The notes: generated by a model not told the origin, from the sequence alone. A DNA stretch of 64,000 bases from an uncultured Bacillota bacterium (GCA_902491575.1 CABUID010000004.1:2627-66626); one strand, 5' to 3'; counted from the first letter of the stretch, positions 40,513 to 51,263 are shown. Made by a program: numbers and translations.

Positions 40513-41166
40513 ATGGATGAAAATACAAAAAAAATCCCACCAAGTTCTAAAAGAAGATTTCCATTATATTTAAGAGCTTTACAACAATTAAAACAACGAG
40601 GTGTTGAAAGAGTAATGTCTTATCAAATTGGTAATATGTGTAATGTAGCAGCAGATACCGTAAGACGAGATTTAATGTATGTTAAACATAAAGGCAAAAC
40701 GGCTGCAGGTTATGATGTAGATAGCCTTCTTGAAGCTTTTAATGAGGAACTTGGAACAACATCAAGTGATGCTAAAATGGTTTTAATAGGTGTAGGAAAT
40801 ATTGGACTAGGACTTTTAAAATATAATTATATTCCTGCTCATGTGGGACATATTGAATGTGCTTATGACATTGACCCTACTAAAATAGGTTCAAATATAA
40901 ATGGCGTCCCTGTTTATGATTACACCACATTGAAAAAAACATTTCCTACAGATTGTAAAATTGCTATTCTTGCTATTCCTAAAGAAAATATCGATGAAGT
41001 AGTTAGTCGATTAGTAAGTTTAAAAATTAAAGCCATTATTAATTTTTCGGATGGTATACCAAGAAAAAGAAACAATGTTATCGTTCATCAAGTTGATTTG
41101 GCTAAAATTGTTTCGGAAATTATTTATGAATTTAAAACTAAACAGATTGATCAAACTTCTTTATAA
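40513..41166 (+). CDS. rex: Redox-sensing transcriptional repressor Rex.
   Basis: 'PLYLRALQQL' winged-helix and 'LIGVGNIGLGLL' Rossmann motif; 217 aa. Confidence 0.85.
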   Translation: MDENTKKIPPSSKRRFPLYLRALQQLKQRGVERVMSYQIGNMCNVAADTVRRDLMYVKHKGKTAAGYDVDSLLEAFNEELGTTSSDAKMVLIGVGNIGLGLLKYNYIPAHVGHIECAYDIDPTKIGSNINGVPVYDYTTLKKTFPTDCKIAILAIPKENIDEVVSRLVSLKIKAIINFSDGIPRKRNNVIVHQVDLAKIVSEIIYEFKTKQIDQTSL

Positions 41167-41874
41167 TGATTTTTTGGATGGTTTCACTTTGACAATACGT
41201 GAACTATCCATTTTTTTCTTAATCAATACAATGGTAAAAATAAAGATGAGTAAGATACATAGTGTGATAGCAATTCCAAGAATAGATTTATTATAAATAT
41301 TGGCTCCCATCGATGTCCATATTATGATTCCAGGGATTCTAGATAAACAATATACAAACAAAGTTTTTCTGGCTTTTAAAGGAGTCAATCCTGCTCCATA
41401 CATGATGACATCCTTAGGGACAAATGGTAAATTACAAAAAATAAATAAAGAAACAAACCCTGTATTCGATTCAAAAAAGGAAACCATTTTATCTATTTTT
41501 TCTTTTTTAATGAATTTATTGACAAAACTATATCCTAAAAAACGTGAAATATAAAAAGCGATTGTTGATCCTAATACTACCCCAATAAAAGAAAGTATAG
41601 AGCCTAGTACAATATTAAATAAGAAGCCTCCTGTAGCATTAATGACATCTCCAGGTATAATGAAAATGACCACTTGAATAATTTGTAATAAAATAAATAA
41701 AACATAACTTAAAAATTGATTATCTCCTACAAACTGACGTACATTATCAAAAGTAACTTTTTCCTTAATATTTGGATAAAATACAATTCCACAAATAATA
41801 ATAGAAATTAAAAAAAGTGCGAATATAATAAATTTAATAATATCACTTATTTTATATTTTTTCTTCATTTTCAC
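41161..41874 (-). CDS. TVP38/TMEM64 (DedA-like) family membrane protein.
   Basis: 'FIIPGDVINATGGFLFN' and 'YGAGLTPLKARKTLFVYCLSRIPG'. Confidence 0.6.
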   Translation of the reverse strand: MKMKKKYKISDIIKFIIFALFLISIIICGIVFYPNIKEKVTFDNVRQFVGDNQFLSYVLFILLQIIQVVIFIIPGDVINATGGFLFNIVLGSILSFIGVVLGSTIAFYISRFLGYSFVNKFIKKEKIDKMVSFFESNTGFVSLFIFCNLPFVPKDVIMYGAGLTPLKARKTLFVYCLSRIPGIIIWTSMGANIYNKSILGIAITLCILLIFIFTIVLIKKKMDSSRIVKVKPSKKSL

Positions 41875-41953
41875 ACCATCCTTTTATACAAGGTATGAAA
41901 TAAAATAAAAGTTTATGTAAAAAAAAACTTCTTTCATAAAGAAGTCTTTCGAT

Positions 41954-42634
41954 TTAAGCAAATTTTTTTAATAAAATCCAAATTACAATTAAAATAATTA
42001 ATAAAACAATTCCAATTAAAGCCATAATGAGAGATGTTTTTTTATTCGTTCCACCACTCTTTTCAATTAAATGAATGGCTCTTAATGCTGTAATAATTGG
42101 TTTATAAAGCAATAATACCAAAGCTACATTCACACCTATCTTTACTAAATTAAAAATGATAATATAAACTAAATAGTTTTGAATTAATACATCTCTTGGA
42201 ACATCCATATATAAAGGCGTAATAATGATATTCCATAATGTCATGACAATAATTGCAGATATAAACCCTGTAAGTAAAGCAATTAATGCACCTGAGAAAC
42301 TTTTTTTCGTTTTGTAAATCAATGTTGCAGGAATTACAAAAGCGCACGTAGAAATAATGTTCATAATTAATCCATAAAAGCCAGTGCTACTGATGGTAAT
42401 CATTTCAATGAAGGATACGACAACAGAAATAATCAATGCTGCAATAGGTCCTAAAATAAAACCACCAATACAAATAATAATATCCTTTGGATCATAAGTT
42501 AAAAAGGATACGCTTGGCACTATCGTTAAATGCAAAAAGTGCGCAACCATAGCTACTACATAGGCGATTGCTGCAAACATGGCAATCATCGACATTTTTT
42601 TTACTAATAAATTTTTTTTCATGTTTTTCTCCAA
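41954..42634 (-). CDS. ribU: ECF transporter S component, putative riboflavin transporter (assigned via the upstream FMN riboswitch).
   Basis: Six-TM small membrane protein, preceded on the same strand by an FMN riboswitch. Confidence 0.65.
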   Translation of the reverse strand: MEKNMKKNLLVKKMSMIAMFAAIAYVVAMVAHFLHLTIVPSVSFLTYDPKDIIICIGGFILGPIAALIISVVVSFIEMITISSTGFYGLIMNIISTCAFVIPATLIYKTKKSFSGALIALLTGFISAIIVMTLWNIIITPLYMDVPRDVLIQNYLVYIIIFNLVKIGVNVALVLLLYKPIITALRAIHLIEKSGGTNKKTSLIMALIGIVLLIILIVIWILLKKFA

Positions 42635-42640
42635 AAAAAA

Positions 42641-42795
42641 GTACCCGCGGGCTCCAAGGGTACTTTAAAATTAAAAATTTTTGCTTCTTTCATCCAGACT
42701 TTACTGTCGGCACTAGAATTTCACTAGTTCATGCTAAATAGCTCGTGGGCTTTACCACCGGTTCGGAATTACACCTGACCCTGAAGACATTATTA
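42641..42795 (-). promoter_or_regulatory. FMN riboswitch (RFN element) with intrinsic terminator expression platform.
   Basis: Minus-strand RNA 'CUUCAGGGUCAGGUGUAAUUCCGAACCGGUGGUAAAGCCCACGAGC...GUGCCGACAGUAAAGUCUGGAUGAAAGAAG' matches the conserved RFN core. 'GUACCCuuggagcccgcGGGUAC' plus U8 lies immediately before the ribU SD. Confidence 0.8.
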
Positions 42796-42889
42796 TTATA
42801 AACCCTGTGAAAGAAAAAGCAAGAGTGCTATTTAATTTTATTGTGAAAATTTGTATAATACTCTTATAAAAAAGAAAGGACTGATATGA

Positions 42890-44224
42890 ATGAATTCCAT
42901 TAATGATACGATTGTTGCATTATGCAGTGGTGCTATTAAATCTGCAATTAGTGTTATAAGGGTAAGTGGTAATGATGCATTTGCAATTGTTGATTCATTC
43001 TTTACCAATAAAAAGAAACATGAACATCAACATGTCTATTACGGATATATTTTAGACCAAAACGAAATCATCGATGAAGTAATGGTAGCATATTATTTTG
43101 GTCCTCATTCTTTTACAGCAGAAAACATGGTTGAAATATCTTGTCATGGCAATTTGTATATTGTTCAAAAAATTATCGAACTTATCATTTCAAAAGGAGC
43201 TCGATTAGCAGAAAATGGTGAATTTACCAAAAGAGCTTTTTTATTTAACCGTATTGATTTAGTCAATGCTGAAGCAATTAATGATTTAATTAATGCTACT
43301 AGCCAACAGTCTGTTAAACTTGCTTTATCCGCTTTAAATGGAACTACCAGTCAATATGTTGAACAATTATCACAAAAATTATTAGATGTTTTATCATTAA
43401 TTGAAGTGAATATTGATTATCCTGAATATGATGACGTGGAAGAACTTCGCCATGATAGTATTTTACCTTCTATCCAAGATTTTATTACTCAGTTGAATCA
43501 AGTGATTGAAGATACAAAAAAAGGACAAACCATCAAAGAGGGCATTAACACGGTGATTGTTGGCCGACCTAATGTAGGAAAATCCTCTTTATTAAATGCT
43601 ATGCTTAAAGAAGACAAAGCTATTGTTACAAACATTGCTGGAACAACACGAGATATTGTAGAAGGTAAAATTAACCTTAATGGAATAACGTTGAATCTTA
43701 TTGATACTGCAGGTATTCATGAAACCAATGATATTATCGAACAAATTGGAATTAGTAAATCTTTGCAATCATTAGAAAAAGCTGCCTTAGTATTATGCGT
43801 TTTAGATGGTAGTGAAGAATTGACTGATGAAGATAAAAACATATTAGAAAGGACAAAAAATTATCCTCGGATTATTCTTATTAATAAAGCCGATCAAAAC
43901 GTTAAAATTCAATTGAAAGATGCCATTAGAATTTCTGCAATCAATAAAGATATTCAACAACTTGAGAAAAAAATTAAAGAAATGTTTCAAGATTTAATTT
44001 ATCAAAATGAACCTTTATTATTTAACGCTCGTCAATTAGGATTATTAAATAAAGCAAAACAACATTTATTAGATGCCAAAAACCAAGCTGAACAAGGTCA
44101 AGTTATTGATATTATTTCCATTGATTTAAAACTCGCTTATACATGTATTAATGAAATATTAGGAAGGAATAACTCAGAAGACTTATTGAATAATATTTTT
44201 TCTAAGTTTTGTTTAGGTAAATAA
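42890..44224 (+). CDS. mnmE: tRNA modification GTPase MnmE.
   Basis: G1 'GRPNVGKSSLLN', 'DTAG', 'NKAD' and the C-terminal 'FCLGK' motif. Confidence 0.9.
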   Translation: MNSINDTIVALCSGAIKSAISVIRVSGNDAFAIVDSFFTNKKKHEHQHVYYGYILDQNEIIDEVMVAYYFGPHSFTAENMVEISCHGNLYIVQKIIELIISKGARLAENGEFTKRAFLFNRIDLVNAEAINDLINATSQQSVKLALSALNGTTSQYVEQLSQKLLDVLSLIEVNIDYPEYDDVEELRHDSILPSIQDFITQLNQVIEDTKKGQTIKEGINTVIVGRPNVGKSSLLNAMLKEDKAIVTNIAGTTRDIVEGKINLNGITLNLIDTAGIHETNDIIEQIGISKSLQSLEKAALVLCVLDGSEELTDEDKNILERTKNYPRIILINKADQNVKIQLKDAIRISAINKDIQQLEKKIKEMFQDLIYQNEPLLFNARQLGLLNKAKQHLLDAKNQAEQGQVIDIISIDLKLAYTCINEILGRNNSEDLLNNIFSKFCLGK

Positions 44225-44225
44225 T

Positions 44226-44981
44226 ATGATTTTTAACACTCACTCCCATATTAATGACAAAAATAGTGAAATTCCTCTTTTAATTCAAGAATGTTTGGAA
44301 AAACAAGTTAATAAAATAGCTGCCGTTGGTTATGATTATATATCTTCTTTAAAAGCGATTGAGATCGCCAAAAAGTATCATAATATTTATGCTATATGTG
44401 GTTTACAGCCTGAAGAAATTCAAAACTTTAATGGTGATTTTAGTCTTTTTAACAATTTATTTAATGACCCTTATTGTATAGGAATAGGTGAAATAGGTCT
44501 TGATTATTATTATGGAAAAAACAATAAAGAACTGCAAATAAAGTATTTTGAAGAGCAATTAAAATTAGCTACACATTATCCTAAACCCGTTATGATTCAT
44601 TGTAGAGAAGCTCATGAAGATACTTTCAATCTATTAAGCAAATATGCAGATTACCTCGATGGTATTATTTTACATTGTTATACAGGTAGTGTTGAAATGA
44701 TGGAAAGATATTTAAGTCTTAATGCTTATATTTCTATTTCAGGAATTGTTACATTTAAAAATGCTAAAACTATAAAAGAAGTCGTAATGAAATGTCCTTT
44801 AGAAAAATTGTTGGTTGAAACAGATGATCCTTACTTAACACCTGTACCTTTTAGAGGGCAAGAAAATCATCCAGCTTATGTGTATTATGTAGTGGAAGAA
44901 ATTGCAAAAATAAAAAATCTATCTTTTAACGAAATAGCACAAATCACTTATAATAATGCTAAGAAGGTGTTTCACTTATGA
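44226..44981 (+). CDS. tatD: TatD family metal-dependent DNase/hydrolase.
   Basis: 'MIFNTHSHIND' and 'IGEIGLDYYY' motifs. Confidence 0.85.
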   Translation: MIFNTHSHINDKNSEIPLLIQECLEKQVNKIAAVGYDYISSLKAIEIAKKYHNIYAICGLQPEEIQNFNGDFSLFNNLFNDPYCIGIGEIGLDYYYGKNNKELQIKYFEEQLKLATHYPKPVMIHCREAHEDTFNLLSKYADYLDGIILHCYTGSVEMMERYLSLNAYISISGIVTFKNAKTIKEVVMKCPLEKLLVETDDPYLTPVPFRGQENHPAYVYYVVEEIAKIKNLSFNEIAQITYNNAKKVFHL

Positions 44982-45508
44982 AAAAAATAAATGAAATCAT
45001 CATTGTAGAAGGAAAATCTGATAAGCAATTTTTAGAAACCTTTTTAAATGCCGATATTTTAACTTGCAATGGTTCTGCCATTGATGGCTTTGAAAAAGAA
45101 TATCTTATTGAACTTGCTTACAAAAGAGGAGTTATTATCTTAACAGATCCAGATTATCCAGGAGAAAAAATACGAAAAGAAATATCCTCTTATCTTCCTA
45201 TTTGTACACATGCTTTTGTTCGAAAAGAATATGCCATTAAAAATCACAAAGTAGGAGTGGCAGAAGCCACAAAAGAAGAAGTTTTACATGCTTTAGAAAA
45301 TAAAGTGACTTTTAATAAAAATTTAATGGGGAATCTAACAGAAACAGATTTATTTTTGTGTCATCTTTCTGGCCCTCATAGTCGCGACAATAAAGATAAA
45401 ATTATTCAACATTATCATTTGGGTTTTTGTAATAGTAAAACATTATTGAAAAGACTTAATTTATTAAACGTTTCAAAAGAAGAATTGGAGAAAATTATTC
45501 ATGATTAG
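44978..45508 (+). CDS. rnmV: Ribonuclease M5 (Toprim domain).
   Basis: 'IIIVEGKSDKQFL' and 'ILTDPDYPGEKIR' Toprim motifs. It sits between tatD and rsmA as in Bacillus. Confidence 0.8.
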   Translation: MKKINEIIIVEGKSDKQFLETFLNADILTCNGSAIDGFEKEYLIELAYKRGVIILTDPDYPGEKIRKEISSYLPICTHAFVRKEYAIKNHKVGVAEATKEEVLHALENKVTFNKNLMGNLTETDLFLCHLSGPHSRDNKDKIIQHYHLGFCNSKTLLKRLNLLNVSKEELEKIIHD

Positions 45509-46352
45509 CAGTAAAAAATATGTTGATGAGACCTTAAAATATTATCATTTAAACGCAAATAAATCGCTAGGTCAAAATTTTTTAGTAGAAGAAAATATTG
45601 CTAAAGAAATTGTAGATAGTGCAAACATCACCTCTTCTTTTTGCGTTATCGAAATTGGACCCGGTCTTGGTGCTTTAACTGAATTCTGTATAGAAAAAGC
45701 AGGTTTGGTTTGGGCTTTTGAAATAGACGAAAATATGGTTAAAATACTAAATGAAACTTTTAAAAATTTTCAAAACATACAAATTTTCCATAAAGATTTT
45801 TTAAAAGTAGATATCATTCAACTTGTTAAAAGTATTCAATTAAAAGGATTTCAAGATATTATTATATTATCCAATCTACCCTATTATATAACGAGTAAAC
45901 TTTTAAACAAAATTTTAATTCATGACATGCCTATTTTTACTCTTATTACGATGATGCAAAAAGAAGTTGGACAGAAAATTTTAAAACCACAAAAAAAAGA
46001 TTTCAATGTCTTATCGGTAATCTTAGACTATCAATATCAAGTTTCTATCGTCAAATATGTTGGAAAGAATTCTTATTTACCTCGTCCAGAAATCGATTCT
46101 ATTGTTTTAAAGTTTGAAAAAATCATGCCAAGATATAATGTTCCTTTTCAAACTTTATTACAAGTAGCAGATACTTTATTTACCTATCGCAGAAAAACAA
46201 TATATAACAATTTAAAAGCATTATTTAAAAATAATGATGAATTAACAAATTGCTTAAATCATTTCAATTTATCCCCTAATATGCATGTTGAACAATTAAC
46301 TACTCAACAAATCGTGCAACTTGCAAATTACTTATCTAATCACTTTGCCTAA
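45501..46352 (+). CDS. rsmA: 16S rRNA (adenine1518/1519-N6)-dimethyltransferase RsmA/KsgA.
   Basis: 'LGQNFLVEENIAKEIV', 'VIEIGPGLGALT' and 'NLPYYITS'. Confidence 0.9.
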   Translation: MISSKKYVDETLKYYHLNANKSLGQNFLVEENIAKEIVDSANITSSFCVIEIGPGLGALTEFCIEKAGLVWAFEIDENMVKILNETFKNFQNIQIFHKDFLKVDIIQLVKSIQLKGFQDIIILSNLPYYITSKLLNKILIHDMPIFTLITMMQKEVGQKILKPQKKDFNVLSVILDYQYQVSIVKYVGKNSYLPRPEIDSIVLKFEKIMPRYNVPFQTLLQVADTLFTYRRKTIYNNLKALFKNNDELTNCLNHFNLSPNMHVEQLTTQQIVQLANYLSNHFA

Positions 46353-46397
46353 ACCTTCATTTTCATGAATCATATCTTATATTAGGGGTGAGTGAAA

Positions 46398-47126
46398 ATG
46401 ACTTTTGATATCAATGATTTGGTAACAAGAAAATCACATCATCATGATATTATTTTCCAAATAAAATCGATCACAGGAGATTATGTTATTTTACAAGGAT
46501 ATAATGTTCGTCTTTGTGCCGATTGCTTTCTACAAGATTTAAAAAAGGTAGAAGCCACAAGAGATATAGGTGATTGGATGGATTTACCCATAGAAAAAGG
46601 AAATTACCTCAATGGAAAAATTCTACATTTAGATAGTGATATTGATTATTTAAAAAGAAGCATGAAACTTTATGAACACTATAATGTCCCTGCAGTAGGT
46701 TATAAGTTAGTTGAAAGAGAAATGCCTTTAAAAATTAAAGAATTACTTATCGAACATCATCCCGACATTCTTATTGTAACAGGCCATGATGCTATCGATA
46801 AAAATGGAAATAGTATTAACACTTCTTACTTTGTTGAATGTGTAAAAGAAGCTAGAAAATATCAGCCATCCAAAGATGCATTATGCATTATTGCTGGAGC
46901 TTGTTACTCGTCTTTTAAAGATTTAATATACGAAGGAAGTAACATTTCAAGTTCACCTGGGAAAGTGAGCATAAATGTTTTAGATCCGTCAAAAGTGGCT
47001 ATTATGGTCGCTACAACCCCAGTCATTGAATATGTAGACATTCCAAAAGTAATTGATTTAACATCCAATAAAAGTAAAGGTATGGGTGGTATTGATACCA
47101 AAGGAGTTGCAAGAAAAATATATTGA
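46398..47126 (+). CDS. yabG: YabG-like sporulation-associated peptidase (peptidase U57) homologue.
   Basis: Position directly after rsmA matches Bacillus synteny. 'ILIVTGHDAIDKNGN...CIIAGACYS' is a conserved YabG-type core. Start placed at the ATG 9 nt after GGGG. Confidence 0.5.
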   Translation: MTFDINDLVTRKSHHHDIIFQIKSITGDYVILQGYNVRLCADCFLQDLKKVEATRDIGDWMDLPIEKGNYLNGKILHLDSDIDYLKRSMKLYEHYNVPAVGYKLVEREMPLKIKELLIEHHPDILIVTGHDAIDKNGNSINTSYFVECVKEARKYQPSKDALCIIAGACYSSFKDLIYEGSNISSSPGKVSINVLDPSKVAIMVATTPVIEYVDIPKVIDLTSNKSKGMGGIDTKGVARKIY

Positions 47127-47151
47127 TTAAATCATAACATCAATATATTTT

Positions 47152-48006
47152 TTATTTGCGGATAGAGTATACCTCACATAATTCATAATTTTCTTTTTTA
47201 AATACTTTTTTGGCCGTTTTATATGGAAATTTTTCTTTTGATAAAGCGAAACAGGTTGAACCAGATCCAGTCAAAGATACAATTTCAAATCCACAAGTTC
47301 TTAAACGATTGATAATATCTTCTATTTCATTATTTATCTTACATGCACTAATTAATAATGAATTATCGACATGTTTAGCAAGTAAAGGATAATTATTTTG
47401 CTTTAAAGCAAATTCTACTTTATTTAGATTAGGATGAATAAGGTTTTTATAATCTAATTGTTCATATACTTTTTTGGTTTCACAACCACTTTTAGGTTTT
47501 ATGACAAGTATTTTTCCTTTTAATTTGGATTCAATAGGAATAACTTGTTCTCCTTTTCCTTTCACACGGCAGGGCGTTGATAATAACATATAGGGACCAT
47601 CTGAAGTAATGGACTCTAAAAATCTCATTTTTTGTAAAACCGTCATCTTCGTTTTAAAGAACTTATCCAATAAATCAAGCATGGCGGCTGCATTTCCAGA
47701 TCCACCAGCCATACCCGACTGAACAGGAATACATTTTTTAATTTGAATATGACATGAAAATTGTAAATTAAAAATTCTTTTATATTTTTCTATGACTTTG
47801 TAAACTAAGTTTTGCTGATCAAGTGGGACTTGAGGATGATTGCATTCAATGATTATTTCGTTTCCATCTTTTTTAAAATTTGCCTTTACTTCATCTTTTA
47901 ATTGAATCGTTATATTTACCATATCCAAATCATGTAAATTCTGTGGCTTCGATTTATTGACAATATTTAAAGCGATATTAATTTTGGCATAATTATATTT
48001 TTTCAT
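47152..48006 (-). CDS. ispE: 4-(cytidine 5'-diphospho)-2-C-methyl-D-erythritol kinase.
   Basis: 'AKINIALNI' start and 'PVQSGMAGGSGNAAA' GHMP-kinase motif. Confidence 0.75.
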   Translation of the reverse strand: MKKYNYAKINIALNIVNKSKPQNLHDLDMVNITIQLKDEVKANFKKDGNEIIIECNHPQVPLDQQNLVYKVIEKYKRIFNLQFSCHIQIKKCIPVQSGMAGGSGNAAAMLDLLDKFFKTKMTVLQKMRFLESITSDGPYMLLSTPCRVKGKGEQVIPIESKLKGKILVIKPKSGCETKKVYEQLDYKNLIHPNLNKVEFALKQNNYPLLAKHVDNSLLISACKINNEIEDIINRLRTCGFEIVSLTGSGSTCFALSKEKFPYKTAKKVFKKENYELCEVYSIRK

Positions 48007-48087
48007 GAAATTCCTCCATTTTATTAAAAGTTTTTTTTATGACTATCTATAATTTTATTATATCATTGTTTTAAATTATTAAAATAT

Positions 48088-48693
48088 ATGATAAAATATT
48101 TTTTGAGTTTTAAAAGGAATTTAACTATGAGGGATGAATCCATTTTATTTTATTCAATTGTCATGATACTTGTTTTTCTATATAGAATATTTTTAAGTAT
48201 TCTTTTTTTAACAAAAAAGAAATATTTACTAGACGAAAAATATTATATAATGGTTTTTTATTGTTCTTTAGTTTCTATCATCGTTTTGTTTACGAATTCT
48301 TTAATAGCCGGATTTATTTTAATAGCAATTTTACCTATTATTTTAATACTTTATGTTTCATTAGCCCCTTCAAGAATTTACTGGATTATTAACGGATGGG
48401 AAATTACTGAATCGACCTTTATTAATCAATTAATGAAAGAGGAAGAGGTTTATCAAAATTCTGCTTTTCGTATTCAACATTTTAAAATGTATCGAAAAAC
48501 AAAGGAAAAAAGAACGAAAATTGAATTTTTAAAACTAAAGTATGAAGAAAAAGAAAAACTTTTAAAATTTATAACAAATATTTGTCAGAAAAATGTAAAA
48601 AAAGCAAATAAACATGAATGGCTAACCATCTTGCTTAATTTTTTACTTATCTTAATGTTATTATCTTTTATTATTTTCGCTTTATTTACCTAA
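48088..48693 (+). CDS. Hypothetical membrane protein.
   Basis: Four TM helices; upstream of gdpP. Confidence 0.3.
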   Translation: MIKYFLSFKRNLTMRDESILFYSIVMILVFLYRIFLSILFLTKKKYLLDEKYYIMVFYCSLVSIIVLFTNSLIAGFILIAILPIILILYVSLAPSRIYWIINGWEITESTFINQLMKEEEVYQNSAFRIQHFKMYRKTKEKRTKIEFLKLKYEEKEKLLKFITNICQKNVKKANKHEWLTILLNFLLILMLLSFIIFALFT

Positions 48694-48782
48694 TTTCATT
48701 TATAAAAGAATATTCTTTTATAATTATTTTTAAGATATGTTATAATAAATGCATAAATATAAATTGAAAAGGACGTGATTGG

Positions 48783-50792
48783 ATGTTCAAAAGACTCAAA
48801 AAAGATAGAAGCAATCTATTATTGATATTTTTCTTAGAATTCATCATAGCAATTGGAATGATCTTAGTAGCATTCTTCTTGGATAATGTTGAATTCATCC
48901 ATCATTATTCACTTTATATTTTATTAGGTTATTTTTTGTTAATTAATTTTATTAACATTTTTTCGATTAGTAAATTTTTAAATAAAACAGAAAAATATTT
49001 AAATCGAACAGATATTACTATCGCTTCTATATTTGGAAATGAAGTCAGTCCTGTTTTTGAATTTGGAGATATTGTCATTTTAGTTTATAACGAAATGGAT
49101 GAAGTCATTTGGGTTTCACAGACTACATTAATCAAAAAAGATGATATATTAGGACAAAAAGTTTATGATTTAATTCCTAATTTTGATAATTTAGCCATTA
49201 TGGAAAATTCTCAAGATATCTTTACGAGTATCGGTGGAAAAACTTTCCAACTTGAAATTAATATCGGGCTAAAAGTTATTTATATGAAAGATGTTTCTGC
49301 TCAAGTTATTCAAAATGCTAAAATAGAAGCAGAACGTCCTTTTATTGGACATGTCGTTATTGATAATTATCAAGATGTTATTATTTCTTTAGGAGAAGCT
49401 GATTTCGTTTTATATGCTACTGAAGTCAAAGAAGCTATCATGAATTGGGCAAAAAAATATAATTTATTTATTCGTTCTTATGGTAATGATTCTTTTTTAA
49501 TCATTGGCGAAGAATCAAACTATCAAACCATTTTAAAAGATAATTTTTCCATTATAGAAGAAATTCGTACTACAGCCAGTAAAAATGATAATCCATTAAC
49601 GATTTCTATTGGTATTGGGAAAGGAAATACAACGAGTATTTTAAGAACCAGTGAATTATCTTACATGGCTTTAAATATGGCATTATCTCGTGGTGGTGAC
49701 CAAGTCGTTGTAAACGTTTTTGGCAAACCTTTAGAGTATTATGGTGCGAAAAATGAAGTAAAACAGACACGATCACATGTAAGAGGAAGAGTTTTAGCCA
49801 CTTCATTAGCTAATTTAATCAAAACGAGCAAAGGTGTCATTATCATGGGTCATAAAAACATGGATTTTGATGCACTTGGAGCTTCAATGGGTGTTTGGGC
49901 TATTTGTAAATCCTTGAAAGCAAAAGCAAGTTTTGTTTATGAAGATGATTTAGTGGAATTTCAAACCAAAAGAGCCTTTCGACAAGTTTTTTCAAATAGT
50001 GAAATTAATGAAATGACCATTACACCAGCAAGAGCATTGCAATCTGTTACGGATCAAACTTTAGTCGTTGTAGTGGATACTCACCGGCCAGAATCAACTA
50101 TGCAACCTAAAATTATTGATAAATGTAAAGATATTTGTGTTATTGACCATCATCGAAAAGGAGATTCTTTCATTCATGATCCAGTATTTCAATATCATGA
50201 ACCACAATCAAGTTCTGCATCTGAACTTGTAACTGAACTTATTTTTTACCAGTCAAACAAAGTAAATATTAGTGAAAATGTAGCTAATTTTTTACTTTCA
50301 GGAATTTGTTTGGATACAAAATTTTTTAAATCTGGAGCAAGTGGAAAGACTTTTGAAATGGCAATGGTCTTAAAAAATTATCAAGCAAGTGTCGAATCGG
50401 TCAGTGAATTCTTCAAAGAAGAATACGAGGAAATGAAACTGATTAGTAGTATTGTAAATACTTCTAAAGCTCTTTCACCAGGTATATATATGGCAAAAGG
50501 AGAAGATGAAGACATTATTACGCGTACAGTTCTTTCTAAAGTAGCAGAAGAAATTTTGTCAACCATTGGTGTTCAAGCTGTTTTTGTCATTGGTCGCACC
50601 AATAATAATGAAGTTTCTATTAGTGCCCGTTCACTTTCCGATTTTAATGTTCAAATTATTATGGAATCTTTAGGCGGTGGTGGACATTTTTCAAAAGCTG
50701 CTACTCAAATACAAAATTCAAATGTGAATCAAGTTAGTGATTTGTTAGAAGAAAAAGTAAAAGTATTCTTAAGAGATGGCGGTCGTTTATAA
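48783..50792 (+). CDS. gdpP: Cyclic-di-AMP phosphodiesterase GdpP (two TM, PAS, degenerate GGDEF, DHH, DHHA1).
   Basis: N-terminal two TM helices; 'VVVDTHRPEST...VIDHHRKG' DHH; 'GGGGH' DHHA1. The gdpP-rplI-dnaB synteny supports the call. Confidence 0.85.
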   Translation: MFKRLKKDRSNLLLIFFLEFIIAIGMILVAFFLDNVEFIHHYSLYILLGYFLLINFINIFSISKFLNKTEKYLNRTDITIASIFGNEVSPVFEFGDIVILVYNEMDEVIWVSQTTLIKKDDILGQKVYDLIPNFDNLAIMENSQDIFTSIGGKTFQLEINIGLKVIYMKDVSAQVIQNAKIEAERPFIGHVVIDNYQDVIISLGEADFVLYATEVKEAIMNWAKKYNLFIRSYGNDSFLIIGEESNYQTILKDNFSIIEEIRTTASKNDNPLTISIGIGKGNTTSILRTSELSYMALNMALSRGGDQVVVNVFGKPLEYYGAKNEVKQTRSHVRGRVLATSLANLIKTSKGVIIMGHKNMDFDALGASMGVWAICKSLKAKASFVYEDDLVEFQTKRAFRQVFSNSEINEMTITPARALQSVTDQTLVVVVDTHRPESTMQPKIIDKCKDICVIDHHRKGDSFIHDPVFQYHEPQSSSASELVTELIFYQSNKVNISENVANFLLSGICLDTKFFKSGASGKTFEMAMVLKNYQASVESVSEFFKEEYEEMKLISSIVNTSKALSPGIYMAKGEDEDIITRTVLSKVAEEILSTIGVQAVFVIGRTNNNEVSISARSLSDFNVQIIMESLGGGGHFSKAATQIQNSNVNQVSDLLEEKVKVFLRDGGRL

Positions 50793-50806
50793 AAGGAGAT
50801 GAAAAT

Positions 50807-51253
50807 ATGAAAGTAATTTTAATCAAAGATGTTAAAAATGTAGGTAAAAAAGATGATGTAGTAGAGGTTTCAGAAGGATATGCAACGAATTTTCTAATCA
50901 AAAAAGGTTTAGCTATCTTACAAAATAAAGCAAATTTAAATGATTTAAATCGACAGAAAGAAGAAGCAAAAAAAATAGATATTGCTAAAAGAGAAGAAGC
51001 AGTAGAATTAAAAAATAAATTACAAAATCTTATTGTCGTTTTTAAAGAACATCCTGGTACAGAAGGCAGATTACATAGTGCAATCACTTCTAAAAATTTG
51101 GAAGAGAAACTTAAAAAAGATTTTAATATTTTCATTGATAAAAAGAATTTTAAAAATTTCTTACCAATTAAAGCCATTGGAAAAGCAACCATTGAAGTAG
51201 TAATATATAAAGATATAATCGGAAAGATTAATGTAGAAGTTCAAGAAATCTAG
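50807..51253 (+). CDS. rplI: 50S ribosomal protein L9.
   Basis: 'MKVILIKDVKNVGKKDDVVEVSEGYATNFL'. Confidence 0.9.
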   Translation: MKVILIKDVKNVGKKDDVVEVSEGYATNFLIKKGLAILQNKANLNDLNRQKEEAKKIDIAKREEAVELKNKLQNLIVVFKEHPGTEGRLHSAITSKNLEEKLKKDFNIFIDKKNFKNFLPIKAIGKATIEVVIYKDIIGKINVEVQEI

Positions 51254-51263
51254 GAGGTATATT

